A DNA stretch of 63,735 bases from Octopus bimaculoides (Eukaryota), in assembly GCF_001194135.2 (NCBI RefSeq), contig NC_068982.1, positions 31,364,943-31,428,677 of the forward strand, read 5' to 3'. Of the stretch, positions 1-12,063 are shown one piece after another (within the stretch, counting starts at the first letter, position 1; every line of letters begins with the position of its first letter). The position numbers and the translations under genes are program-made. Below the pieces are notes generated by a model. The model had not been told where the DNA came from, searched no databases, and saw only the letters and a program-made list of their open reading frames with translations.

Positions 1-399
1 TATATACATACATACATATAATATATATATATATATACATACATATATTTATATATATATGTTTGTGTGTCTGGGGAGGGTCATTCTATTTTAGTGCTTT
101 ATAATTTAACACACTCACCAGTAAAATTTCTACTCATTTACTTATTTATTTTTCTAAAATTTTCGTTGCGTCTTGCAACCTTTTCAATATTGAAACGGTT
201 GCAAGACGAACTGACATAAGGAATCTTGCAGACCAAATCCAAAACCGAAATACATACATATAGATATGTGTATATACTCACTCACTCACGTATACCTTTA
301 ATAAACATCATCCGACAATATTCTACTAAGTTACATCTCTCAAAACTATTTCTTAATATTGTTTCAGAATATTAATGCATTCAGTTCATTGCTTCTAAT

Positions 400-437
400 T
401 CTCTTGCTCTCTCTCCCTCTCTCGCTCTCTCGCTCTC

Positions 438-521
<84 letters not shown>

Positions 522-540
522 ACACACACACACACACACA
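400..540. repeat. (CT)n followed by (CA)n microsatellite
   Basis: Directly visible; explains the SLSL/ERER ORFs. Confidence 0.97.
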
Positions 541-1245
541 AACATAAAGAAAAAGGAAGACAAAACCAAAGCAGGACGAGCATCTCAGGTCATTTAAAAT
601 ATTTAATTAGAGTAAAGTGTATCAAAACAAGAGAAGTAGAAGTAATTAACGTCTTACTGCTGTTTCTGGGATATTCCAGGTAATGGGTCAACACTCCCAT
701 ACACTGGGTATTCTGTCATTAGAGGCAAGGTGTGTATGCAGGAAAGTTCCAGACAGTATATAGAAGAATAAAACAGTAGATAGAAGAATAAAGATAGAAG
801 AATAAAATTCACAGTTCATCTTGTTCTGGAGGGTATGGAGGTTTGTCCGTATTCCCGTGAAGGTAATATACATAGCATTTGTTGTGTCTTCTCAAATGAA
901 TATATATCTTAGAGTAATAGCTGCACTCTGACGAGAATTGAAGACGTATCACAATGGCTGCGAGTGATTGTGAAATGTCTTCAATACACACCAGTGTATA
1001 GGTATTCAAAAGGGAGATATTCATTTCAGAACTCACAAAAAATGCTACCATCTCTTCTCTCTATTTCTTAATGGCCGCACTCACAATGAATTCGTCACTG
1101 TCACAATGTTGTTGCAGATGCAAACATAATTACATTAACTACATGCACATGCACAAATACACACAATATATATCGACATGTATAAATAGACAATTGTGTG
1201 TAAATATATATGCATCATCTAGTTTTTAATGTTGCATATATTTAA

Positions 1246-1465
1246 GGTGGTGAGCTGGCAAGAAAATTTAACGTGCAGGGTAAAAATTCCTTAACGGCAG
1301 TTTATTTGTCTTTATGTTATGATTTCAAATTCTGCCGAGGTCGACTTTACCTTTTATCCTTTCGGGGGTGATAAAATAAGTACCAGTGCAGCACTGGAGT
1401 CTATGTGGTCAACTTAGCCACTCAACGAAAATATAACCCTGTGCCAAAATTTGAGACCGATATTG
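1246..1465 (+). mobile_element. tRNA-derived SINE, family A (GGCGGCGAGCTGGCAGAA head), diverged copy
   Basis: GGTGGTGAGCTGGCAAGAA head, B-box-like TTCAAATTC and central GCCGAGGTCGACTTT-CCTTT-ATCCTTTCGGGG-GATAAAATAAGTACCAG, shared with copies at 6727, 25236, 32377 and 39648-40127. Confidence 0.85.
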
Positions 1466-3048
1466 CAAAAACCTATTTTCTTTATTAGGCTTTCTATCCG
1501 TAGGTGAATCGATAATCAAATACCTTCCTATAATCGAAATTTTCCATTAAGCTAGTCTTAGTTGTGCCAATCTAGTTTGATCTTTTGAAACAAAAATATA
1601 ATAGGCAAGTCAACAAATTTTCCTTAGATGTTAACCACGAAATAATAGAAGTTACGGATTGTCTCTACACACACAAACATTGCTAATAAAACTTTACATA
1701 TTAGCCAAGCGAATTTCTCAGTGTATGAAAATCCACTCAGTGACCTACACACAAGCTCTTGTACATTCTACTCCAGAAAAGCAGGACTATATAAAGAAAT
1801 AAGCTAAAACAAACTAGTTAATTGCAGTAATTCAAGCAAAGTAATAATTCAAATTACACTACAATGAACCTGTTTGTCACAATAAATACAACAGACATGT
1901 CTGCGCTATAAATTAAAATGCTGGAACAGAATTCAACTGTAAAATCTCTGAGACATTGTAGTGAGACAGGAAATTTTTTATTCGTAAAATGAACATAAAA
2001 GAACTCTTTCGGAAATTGAAAGGAACTTAGTTTTCTCATCGAATTTACTGCACTTTCAGGTCACTTTTGTTGAGGAAGAGCTGATCATATTTACTTGAAT
2101 CTTCAATGTAAGCTGCAAAATGAGCAGAAAATCACGGATCTGGGAATGTACAAAACGTCGACCTATAGTTTGTGACTATGGTACAGGAAAATATTGTCAT
2201 TAAAGTAAGTGTATCCACCACCTGGTGACAGTCAGATTAAGTCCGTCAACTCTAGCTCTCACTACGCTGTCGCTCCCTTAGTTGCACTGTATGGTCGTGG
2301 TTCGCATGGCATCATTTCCATAGGCTTTAGGATGGAAAAGATGGATTTGAATTTAACAGATTTATTTGTACCAAAAGTCTGTGAGGTCAGTCTCAAGAAA
2401 TGCGATATAATTAAATTTTTTTCCTATATTTAAGACATCTCTCAACAGGTGTTCGGCTGAACATAGATTAATGTTTGTGTAGTTGTATAGACTGTAATGC
2501 TAACATTTCCTTAGACTGACTGCTGGTCTCTTAATTAATAATGAGGCGAAAATAAGGAATAGAAGCACCCTGAGCAATTCGGTTAAACTTTGTTCCACTC
2601 TACATAATATGCATTTACATACATACTTCCGCACACGCTCACATATATACATGCATAAATAGAGAGAGAGATCGGGGACAGTTAGGTAGATATATACACC
2701 ACCATATCTATATACATATACTCATATATATATGAGCTTGTATGTATGTTCGTCCTTGTATGTGTAACTAATGCTGACTAGGGAGAAAGCTCTTCGTACT
2801 TTCACACACACATTTTCACGCACATATTTTTATCTTTTAGATGATACTGTAGTTAAATTTTATTCTTAAATTATATATTTGTTTTCATTTACCTGTCTCC
2901 GTTTACCCTTACAATTGTATTTTCTTGTTGTTCCCCTCCAAATTAATCGTAAACATTTATATATTTATTGAGAGAAATATTGATGGATATGCAGATACAC
3001 AAACAAGTACACGTCTATACATACATACATGCATACATACATACATAC

Positions 3049-3079
<31 letters not shown>

Positions 3080-3639
3080 CATACATGCATATATATGTGT
3101 CTGTTTGATACATCGACAGCCCGATGGACTTATGAATTTCTGCATGATCGCATAGGCGTTTGTACAGATATATATATATATATATATATATAAAGAGAGA
3201 GGGAACAAACTGACAGAAGAACAGTGGGCCTCCTGAATTGTTACAAACAATAAGATGCCCTTGTGAAATTAAAAATATGTGTGTACATGTATAAATACAC
3301 ATACACACACACACGCTCACACATACACATACATATATCTTTGTGCATGTAAGTGTCTATATCAGAGTGGGTTCATGCGTGCGTATGTTTATACATATAT
3401 TTGCGCCTTTGAAAGAGAGCGTGCGTGTGAGTGTGTATTATGGTGATATGTATGATTTTATGGCTTTTAATGTAGGGAGGAAAGAAAGAAATGAACAAAA
3501 ATTAATCATAATTCTTTATACATAAAACCTATGAGAACTAAATAAATAAAAAGATAAAAATGAGATAGAATAAGAAAAAGAAGAGCTATATATATGTATA
3601 TATATATGAGTATATACATACATATATATGTGTGTATAT

Positions 3640-3790
3640 GGAGTGGCTGTGTGGTAAGTAGCACACTTAGCAACCACATAGTTCGGGTTCAGACTCATGC
3701 GTGGTACATTGGGTAAGTGTCTTACACTATACCCTCGGGCTGTCAAAAACCTTGTGAGTGGATTTGGTAGACGGAAAGCTCTTCGTATAT
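3640..3790 (+). mobile_element. tRNA-derived SINE, family B, 5' part
   Basis: GAGTGGCTGTGTGGTAAG...GTTCGGGTTCAGACTC...GGGTAAGTGTCTT-CACTATACCCTCGGGC...CTTGTGAGTGGATTTGGTAGACGGAAA matches the head of the 48994 copy. Confidence 0.85.
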
Positions 3791-3824
3791 ATATATATAT
3801 TATATATATGAAAGAAGCTCTTCG

Positions 3825-3863
<39 letters not shown>

Positions 3864-3887
3864 TTAAATTTTTTCAAATTTTATTTT

Positions 3888-4082
3888 ATTTGTTTCACTC
3901 AGTTGACTGCGGTCATGGTGGAGCACCGCCTTTTGTCTAACAAATCAACCCCAGGATTATTGGTAAGCCTAGTACTTATTCTATCGACCTCTTTGCCGAA
4001 CTGATAGGTTAAGGGGACGTAAACATACCAGCATCAGTTTCCAAGCGATGTTGGGGGAAAACACAGAGACACAAACGCACAC
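3888..4082 (-). mobile_element. SINE family B, 3' part, runs into N gap
   Basis: TGTTTCACTCAGTTGACTGCGGTCATGGTGGAGCACCGCC...AAGCCTAGTACTTATTCTATCG matches 40236-40430. Confidence 0.85.
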
Positions 4083-5555
4083 NNNNNNNNNNNNNNNNNN
4101 NNNNNNNNNNNNNNNNNNNNNNNNNNNNNNNNNNNNNNNNNNNNNNNNNNNNNNNNNNNNNNNNNNNNNNNNNNNNNNNNNNNNNNNNNNNNNNNNNNNN
4201 NNNNNNNNNNNNNNNNNNNNNNNNNNNNNNNNNNNNNNNNNNNNNNNNNNNNNNNNNNNNNNNNNNNNNNNNNNNNNNNNNNNNNNNNNNNNNNNNNNNN
4301 NNNNNNNNNNNNNNNNNNNNNNNNNNNNNNNNNNNNNNNNNNNNNNNNNNNNNNNNNNNNNNNNNNNNNNNNNNNNNNNNNNNNNNNNNNNNNNNNNNNN
4401 NNNNNNNNNNNNNNNNNNNNNNNNNNNNNNNNNNNNNNNNNNNNNNNNNNNNNNNNNNNNNNNNNNNNNNNNNNNNNNNNNNNNNNNNNNNNNNNNNNNN
4501 NNNNNNNNNNNNNNNNNNNNNNNNNNNNNNNNNNNNNNNNNNNNNNNNNNNNNNNNNNNNNNNNNNNNNNNNNNNNNNNNNNNNNNNNNNNNNTATATAT
4601 ATATATATATTTATATATATTTGTTCATAGAAAAACATGTAATCGTTACCAATATAGCAAGAGATTTCTCCGCTAGAAGTCTAAAGTAGACTCCTTAAGG
4701 ATCGTTCTCCTTTGTTATATATCCAAAGTTTTAAATTTAAAAGAGACTTTTGACGCTAATATCCATTATTATTGAAATTTATTCCTATGTCAACATTTCT
4801 GTATAAGGCTATATTTGACTGTCAAATTTAAGTGAAACATATAATTTGCCTTACACGTCTTCAGGGAAATATATTTAAGAACAAACAAAGGATCAAACAA
4901 AAATCAAGAACAAGAGTTAAATACCAATACATCTTCTCTAGGTTCCGTCCATATTCAAATTTGTCGTTAAATGACCCGTTATATAAGTTCCTTCCTAAGC
5001 AAAGGTCCATTAAGGGGAGACAAATTGGTGGGGCAAGGGTGGGGAAATATTTTTGGTCGTGTGGGACAAAAAAATGTATGAATAAAGCAAGGTAGGGTGA
5101 GATGTTGAAACACTGCTAGTGGTTTTATGATCGAAAGGTGTTAATTGGTACAATAAAAAAACAAAAGAAAAACAATGAAGTGGTGAAGGTGCATGTAGGC
5201 GTATGTTGCTGTGCGTTTATGCGTGGAGGAAGCAGAAATATAAGGAGAGAATATTTTAGGTAGCAAGTAAAAATACGGATACTGAAATGGAATTGACGAT
5301 TAAGAAATTAAAAGGGGAGGAAAAATATGTTTCCGTTTAATACGCAGTGGTAGTGAGAGTGGATGAGTGAAAAAGAATATATGAGAGTTATCAGGAGACA
5401 ATAATGGGGTGGAGTTGTAATTATTTGGATTTCGAGAATAGATTTAGTGCCCAATGTTTGCAGATGCGTGTGAGTGTTTTTATAATAATAATAATAATAA
5501 TAATAAAAATAATATTTTTAAAAAAAGGATTGACGTAACTCTTCACGAAGGTAAA

Positions 5556-6407
5556 TAGTCAAAACGAAGAGCGCCATTTTAGATGTTTTATTTTTTGAAC
5601 AACATTTCGACAGAACGTCTGTCTTTCTCAAGTTCAAACCAAAAGGTGATTGAAAATTCAAAATTTCAGAAACCAAACGTAAACTATGAACGTGAGTAAT
5701 CAGCGTCCATACGTTGATAGAATGACATCATCAGCTTTTGTCAGTTTTTTAATAAGCAGAAAGAAAGAAAGAAAAAGGAAGACGACAGAAAAAGAAAAGA
5801 AAAAGAGAGAAAGAAGAATATTCAATCAAACAGTTTTGTATAAATTTGATGATATTCTCCTGTCATCTTATTCATTCCTCCAGGGCGTGATGCCAATAAC
5901 CCGCAAACATATTTCTCCTCATACATTCTGAGANNNNNNNNNNNNNNNNNNNNNNNNNNNNNNNNNNNNNNNNNNNNNNNNNNNNNNNNNGAAAGTGGGG
6001 TACATTCAGGATATTTTTTGAGAATGTGCACTTTCAAATCTTCTTCAAAATTGCAGCCGCTTGAAACGAAATGTTCAGCAAGTTCTGTTGAACTACTGTT
6101 CTTGTGCCTGACGTCGAATCTGTGCCCATTAAACCTTTTTTTTCAATTGTTCCGTTGTACAACCAATATAAATCAAGTTATGTTTCGTGCATTCTTTCTT
6201 TCTTTCTGCTTATTAAAAAACTGACAAAAGCTGATGATGTCATTCTATCAACGTATGGACGCTGATTACTCACGTTCATAGTTTACGTTTGGTTTCTGAA
6301 ATTTTGAATTTTCAATCACCTTTTGGTTTGAACTTGAGAAACACAGACGTTCTGTCGAAATGTTGTTCAAAAAATAAAACATCTAAAATTGCGCTCTTCG
6401 TTTTGAC

Positions 6408-6409
<2 letters not shown>
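5556..6409. mobile_element. Foldback/MITE with ~218-bp terminal inverted repeats
   Basis: 5556-5773 (TAGTCAAAACGAAGAGCGC...) is the near-perfect reverse complement of 6192-6409 (...GCGCTCTTCGTTTTGACTA). TA at both ends. Small N gap inside. Confidence 0.9.
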
Positions 6410-6471
<62 letters not shown>

Positions 6472-6472
6472 T
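6410..6472. repeat. (TAA)n microsatellite
   Basis: Directly visible. Confidence 0.97.
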
Positions 6473-6656
6473 AGTAGACCATTAAAATAAATACACCAGA
6501 CTGTTCATTTAGGAAGTCATGTGATAAAGAAAAAGGGGAAGAGGGAAAAGATAAAAAGGAAAGGTGTAAACAAAGAAAATAAAGGGGGAAAAGGAAAAAA
6601 CACAGCGACAATGCTCTTCTCAATACGTGTGACGTACCCGATTGTCATCATCATCA

Positions 6657-6711
<55 letters not shown>

Positions 6712-6726
6712 TATTATTATTATTAA

Positions 6727-6926
6727 GGCGGCAAGCTGGCAGAATCGTTAAAACGCCGGGTAAATACTTAGCGACATTACGTCCGTCTTTATGTTCCGGG
6801 TTTAAATTCCGCCGAGATCAACTTTGCCTTTCATCATTCGGGGTCGAAGTAATAAGTGCCAGTTAAACACTTGGGTTGATGTAATCCCCCACCAAAAATA
6901 TTTCAGGCCTTGTGCCTATTGTAGAA

Positions 6927-6930
<4 letters not shown>
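6727..6930 (+). mobile_element. SINE family A with (TTA)n tail
   Basis: GGCGGCAAGCTGGCAGAATCG head, central TTCCGCCGAGATCAACTTTGCCTTTCATC, followed by an (ATT)n run. Confidence 0.85.
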
Positions 6931-7003
<73 letters not shown>

Positions 7004-7559
7004 TATTATTATTGTTGTTGTTGTTGTTATTATTATCATCCTCTCCATTCAATTGTGTTTCCTTTCTTGTCGAGTGTCTTCCCCGCACCAGATTATTCAT
7101 TTACAAATTCATGGGAAAGAGAAAACAAGGGAAGAAAGTAAAAAAAAAAGAAAAAAAAGAAAACAGTACACAAATAAAATAAAGGGAAAAGGAAAGAGGA
7201 TTCACAGCGGCAATGCTCCTCTCAAGACGTGTGACGTACCATTCAAAACAATCTTTTGCCCTTATCTCATTGATGGTAAGCTAGGGATCATTCTCAAAAA
7301 ATTTTCAGTTCCTTTTTTGATCATTCGAAGTGCTCCTACAATCACTGGTATTATAACCTTCTTCAGATGCCACGACTTTTCTCATTCCTAATGTATTTTT
7401 CAAAGTTGTTATTATTATTATTATTATTATCCTCCCTATCAACTAGTTTTATGAGTTGTTTCAAAGGAAATATACCTTAGAATTAGTTATCACATCAGAT
7501 ATACTTGGGGTATATTTATTTTTGAAATTATCAAAATTTATATTAAATCACAGACTTTA

Positions 7560-8010
7560 CGTTTTACGTAATCAAATCTTAGTAAACACTCACAGTCTTC
7601 AAAGCCTTCTTATTTGAATGCTAAATCGGAGTTAGATTAAACCTAGCGTGGCCTTTCACAGGCTTTCGATTTCCGGAGTGAAACACAAGTAGAAGCTTCA
7701 ATATCATAATTCCAGCAGCATTTCTTCTGACAAATAGCGCAGACAATTTCTATATACTTTAAATCATGGTGCTATTTTTCTTCTCCAGAAATAAGAATCC
7801 AATTTCATCAGCATTGTACTTTTGTTCTGGTGTTTAGCCCCTTCGGAGCAATCGATTTTCTTGCTTTTTGTTTTTTTTTATTCACTTCCTCCGGAAAATA
7901 AGGAATATTCATGGTATCATCAATAAGAACTTTTATTCTGTTTGTAGCATACGTTGTTTTTACTCACGAATAGCTCAGTCGGTAATATGCCAACGCAAGC
8001 AGTAAGATAA
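7560..8010 (-). pseudogene. Tigger/pogo-like DDE transposase remnant
   Basis: Minus-strand translation gives QKYNADEIGF (7798-7818 covers YNADEIG, cf. FNADETGLFW), LFVRRNAAGIMILKLLLVFHSGN (cf. GNAAG..KPLLVYHSEN) and HSNKKA; frameshifts and stops present. Confidence 0.7.
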
Positions 8011-8212
8011 CCTAGAACAAGTAAGTAGTTGTACATTATTTACATTTTCCACTGAAAAATACGAAAACAAAACGAAGCAGCGCATATGCTAGGACACAAC
8101 AACTTCCTAAGCAGACCGAGTGCAGATATGAATAGCATATGGGAACCGGTATTAAGGAAGAATAGAAAAATATTAGATTTATAAGCCCTAAAATCCACTC
8201 CTAATTGCCAAC

Positions 8213-8554
8213 GGCATAGTGGTTAAGAGCGCGTATATGGTGTAGTGTTTAAGAGCGTGGGCTACTAAACCCTAAGATTCCGAGTTCGATTCCAGGCAGT
8301 GACCTGAATAATAATAATAATAATAATGATGATGATGATGATGATAATAATAATTACAACAACAATAAAAACAACAACAACATCGAAAAATACCTTAGAA
8401 ATGAGAACCCAGGTTCGAAATTTCCCCAAGACACCTGATGAAGGCTGGAGGGTATATCAGCCTAAACTGTGTGTTAACAGCAAACAAGATGGGGACAAAT
8501 ATCCGTCAAATGTAAATAATGTATATAATTCCTCATCTCTTAAATATAGAACTG
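8213..8554 (+). mobile_element. tRNA-headed SINE-like element with hammerhead-like 3' region
   Basis: A-box-like GCATAGTGGTTAAG (partly duplicated), B-box GAGTTCGATTCC (8282-8293), (TAA)/(TGA)n spacer, then CTGATGA core at 8435. Confidence 0.7.
8430..8475 (+). ncRNA. Degenerate minimal type I hammerhead ribozyme motif
   Basis: GACAC-CTGATGA-A-GGCTG(loop)CAGCC-TAAAC-TGT-GTGTT. Stem I GACAC/GTGTT and stem II GGCTG/CAGCC pair; GAAA reads TAAA, so probably inactive. Confidence 0.6.
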
Positions 8555-9322
8555 AAGTAAGTAGTTGGTTAGTTCGGAGTTCTGACTTTAGCATGTGCTG
8601 TGTATCGGGAGAAGAAAATCCTCTAGTGAACTCAAGTGGAAGCATTGATCCAATTAGTAAAATCCTGGTATTTGTTCCTCTTGCCTCTATAATGAACTAT
8701 ATGTGAATGATGTCACGCGTTAATATTAACATCATGCAAAGAATCTATGAACAACAATTTTAGTGCTTAAAATTATTGAGTTGTTGCACCAACGCTGCAA
8801 ATTATGTACAGTCAATGTATGTGTACATATACGCTCATGCATACATCTATATATACGCAATTGTTTGCGTATGTATGTGCATCCTTTTATATATGTATGC
8901 ATTGTATGTACATACATTGCATAAAATGTATATGTTGCAAGAACCGTCGAGTGGATCGCATGGATTCTGCGAAATAATCCATTTATAGTTCAACATGAAG
9001 AAAGCGGCTGCAACAAGGCATTGCGGAATGCTGAAACCAAGATGAGGCTGGTGAGAGACATGGGCCATCTACTGCATCTGTTCGCATCCCCACTCATCTT
9101 GACTTGGTTTTGCTACGGCGAGAAAGTGAGGTTGAAGGTGCGCAAAGTTTCTCTAGTCATCGCTCAAGTTACCAGTCTAGATGGTCCAAGCTTGCGAAAA
9201 TGCTTGCGTTCATATACGCTTGTTTATATACGCTTGTGAGTGTCAAATATGTTTGTGCGCGTGTGTGTATGTGAGTGAGTGCGTGCGTGTGTGTTCGTCT
9301 TTTCTTTTGTTCTTTCTTTTAC

Positions 9323-9535
9323 TCTTTTACTTGCTTCAGTCATTTGGCTGCAGCTTTGCTGCAGCGCCGCATTGAAGATGAACAGATGAACATCAGAACT
9401 CATGTTTTTAAGCCTAGTTCTCAGTCGATCGGTCTCTTTTGCCGGACCACTAAATTATGGGGTTAGGCTTAACGCACCAACACCGGTTGTTCAAACGGTG
9501 ATAAGGGGCGGAACAAACAGACACAAAAACACACA
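9323..9535 (-). mobile_element. SINE family B, 3' part, diverged
   Basis: TCTTTTACTTGCTTCAGTCATTTGGCTGCAGC...AAGCCTAGT...ATCGGTCTCTTT...ACCAACACCGGTTGT. Confidence 0.75.
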
Positions 9536-9565
9536 CACATAGATATATACATATATAAATATATA

Positions 9566-10814
9566 TGGGGGGAACTACCCAAAAGAAACCGGAATTTTGC
9601 AATACTTTATTCACGTTTACAATTTTATCCCTTCAAAGTATTCTCCATTTGAAGCAATGACGCTGTTCAGACGCGTTTCCCACTGTTAGAAGCAATCCTG
9701 GAACTCTTGCGACGTGGTGCATTTTAACGCCTCCGTCATTTTTTTCTTACACCTCTTCCATATCTGCAAAACGTTTTCTTTTAAGGACCTTTTTCATTCG
9801 CGGGAACAAAAACAAAAAGTTGCAGGAAGCAAGATCGGATGAATAGGGAGGGTGTGTAACGTTGGTAATGCAAAAACTGTCTTACAATCAAGGTGGTTTG
9901 CGTTGGTGCATTACCGTCATAAAACCGCCACGCTCCACTTCGTCACTAGTCGGGGCGTATTCGTCTCACTGCGTCTCGCAAACGCTTCAGAACTGCCAAG
10001 TAAAATGTCCGGTTAAGAGTTTGACCAGGAGGAACACATTCTTGTGTGGACAATTCCTTGCTCATCAATAAACCAAATCAGCATCGTCTTGATATTGAAC
10101 ATTGAATACTTCTACTGCCTTCATTGCTGCTTCGATTCCGGGCCGTAGCCATAGCACCAGCTTTCGTCACCAGTGATAACCTTCGAAAAAAGGTTCGGAT
10201 CAACTTACAATTGTTCTTTCAGTTCACGACACGCATTCAGTCGTGACTGCTTTTGAACTTCCGGGAGCAAGCAAGGCACACATTTTGCTGCAATTGTTTT
10301 CATTTGCAATTCTTCGCTCAAAGTTCGTTAGCAGAGGCTCCAGGACACACCAGTCATATCAACAAATTCGTCAATTATTCGGCGACGGTCCTCCAAAATC
10401 AGTTCCTGAATTTTCGTGATGTTTTCATTCGTTCAGTAGGTTGACGTGCGGCCGAACGAGGTTGGTCATCAAGCGACATGTTACCATTCCTAAAGCGTGA
10501 AAACCACTCGTAAACTTCTGTTTTGCTTATGGCAGCGTCCTTGTAAGCTGTTTGAAGCATCTCAACTGTTTCGGTTGCTTTTTGCCCCAGCAGAAAACAG
10601 AATTTCACGGAAGCACGCTGTCTCTTCGTTTCAGCCATCGCAGAAATCGATAAACAAGAGAGAAACTTTGCAAAACAAATGCGCACTATATGGCAGTAGG
10701 ACTTCAGCCGTCAACCCCGGTCGCATTAAGTGGCTTCTAGCAGTGGAGGCCTGAACTGCAACGGACTTGTACTACAGAGAACATTCCTAGTTACTTTTGG
10801 GTACTACCTCTTCG
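9566..10814 (-). mobile_element. Near full-length decayed mariner transposon (~1.25 kb)
   Basis: Imperfect TIRs (GGAACTACCCAAAAGAAACCGGAAT / ATTCCTAGTTACTTTTGGGTACTACC), TA flanks. Transposase starts MAETKRQRASVKFCFLLGQKATETVEMLQ (ATG 10638) and ends ...SNGEYFEGDK near 9625; disrupted. Confidence 0.92.
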
Positions 10815-10851
10815 TATGTATGTATGTATGTATGTATGTATGTATGTATGT

Positions 10852-10917
<66 letters not shown>
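10815..10917. repeat. (TATG)n(TAGA)n compound microsatellite
   Basis: Directly visible. Confidence 0.97.
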
Positions 10918-10918
10918 T

Positions 10919-11016
10919 CGACGGGCTTTTTTCAGTTTTCGTTTACCAAAACCACTCACAAGGCGTTCGTTGGACCGAGGGTATAGTAGAAGAAACATGC
11001 TCAAAGTCCCACACAG
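10919..11016 (-). mobile_element. SINE family B, 5'/middle fragment
   Basis: CGACGGGCTTTTTTCAGTTTTCGTTTACCAAAACCACTCACAAGGCG...GAGGGTATAGTAGAAGA. Confidence 0.8.
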
Positions 11017-11730
11017 CTATTTTTAGAAATGATGCCAAGCCAAACACCTACTGGGGTTTAAAAATCTTATCCCTATAACCAAAACACAAAAAATCTCTCA
11101 AATGTCATCATTTCTAAAAATAAACTTGGCATCAATTCTAAAAATAGCCAAACACATACTGCTGCTGTCCAAAGGAATAGGTATAAAAGACAGAAAACCA
11201 GCCAGTCTATTACAGTCTGTTACAGTCTGTCAGATACCGGCCATGATGAAATACCACAAGGTATTGAAAATACGTATTCGCCTTTATATATTTAATCCTT
11301 TATATTGAACACTTAATATTTCATATATTCAATAAGACATTCAATACTTCNNNNNNNNNNNNNNNNNNNNNNNNNNNNNNNNNNNNNNNNNNNNNNNNNN
11401 NNNNNNNNNNNNNNNNNNNNNNNNNNNNNNNNNNNNNNNNNNNNNNNNNNNNNNNNNNNNNNNNNNNNNNNNNNNNNNNNNNNNNNNNNNNNNNNNNNNN
11501 NNNNNNNNNNNNNNNNNNNNNNNNNNNNNNNNNNNNNNNNNNNNNNNNNNNNNNNNNNNNNNNNNNNNNNNNNNNNNNNNNNNNNNNNNNNNNNNNNNNN
11601 NNNNNNNNNNNNNNNNNNNNNNNNNNNNNNNNNNNNNNNNNNNNNNNNNNNNNNNNNNNNNNNNNNNNNNNNNNNNNNNNNNNNNNNNNNNNNNNNNNNN
11701 NNNNNNNNNNNNNNNNNNNNNNNNNNNNNN

Positions 11731-11764
<34 letters not shown>

Positions 11765-12030
11765 TCCTGTGTGGTATTTATTTGAGCGTGTATAAATCCA
11801 TGCAGTTATGCATCCTAGTAGAATGATATTCTATTCCAAATCCCATATTCATTATTATATTAACAGTTACCCAGTCTTTATTTGGAACTTTATTAAACCT
11901 TATTAGATATTCCCGATTCAAATCGTACCTACTAATATATTGCATTATATGCGATGAGATAAAATTGAATAATAATAGTTATTGTGGCTCTCATATTTAT
12001 ATATACGCTCATGTGTGTGTGAGTGTATGT

Positions 12031-12063
<33 letters not shown>

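Noticed and set aside
1860-2430. Possible host exons
   Set aside because: No frame stays open between plausible splice sites, and no recognisable protein similarity.
7320-7372. Minus-strand CTGAAGA ... GAAT hammerhead
   Set aside because: GAAA is absent and the stems are unconvincing.
8213-8300. Functional tRNA gene
   Set aside because: No acceptor-stem pairing and a duplicated 5' segment; better read as a SINE head. The same applies to 45660-45731.
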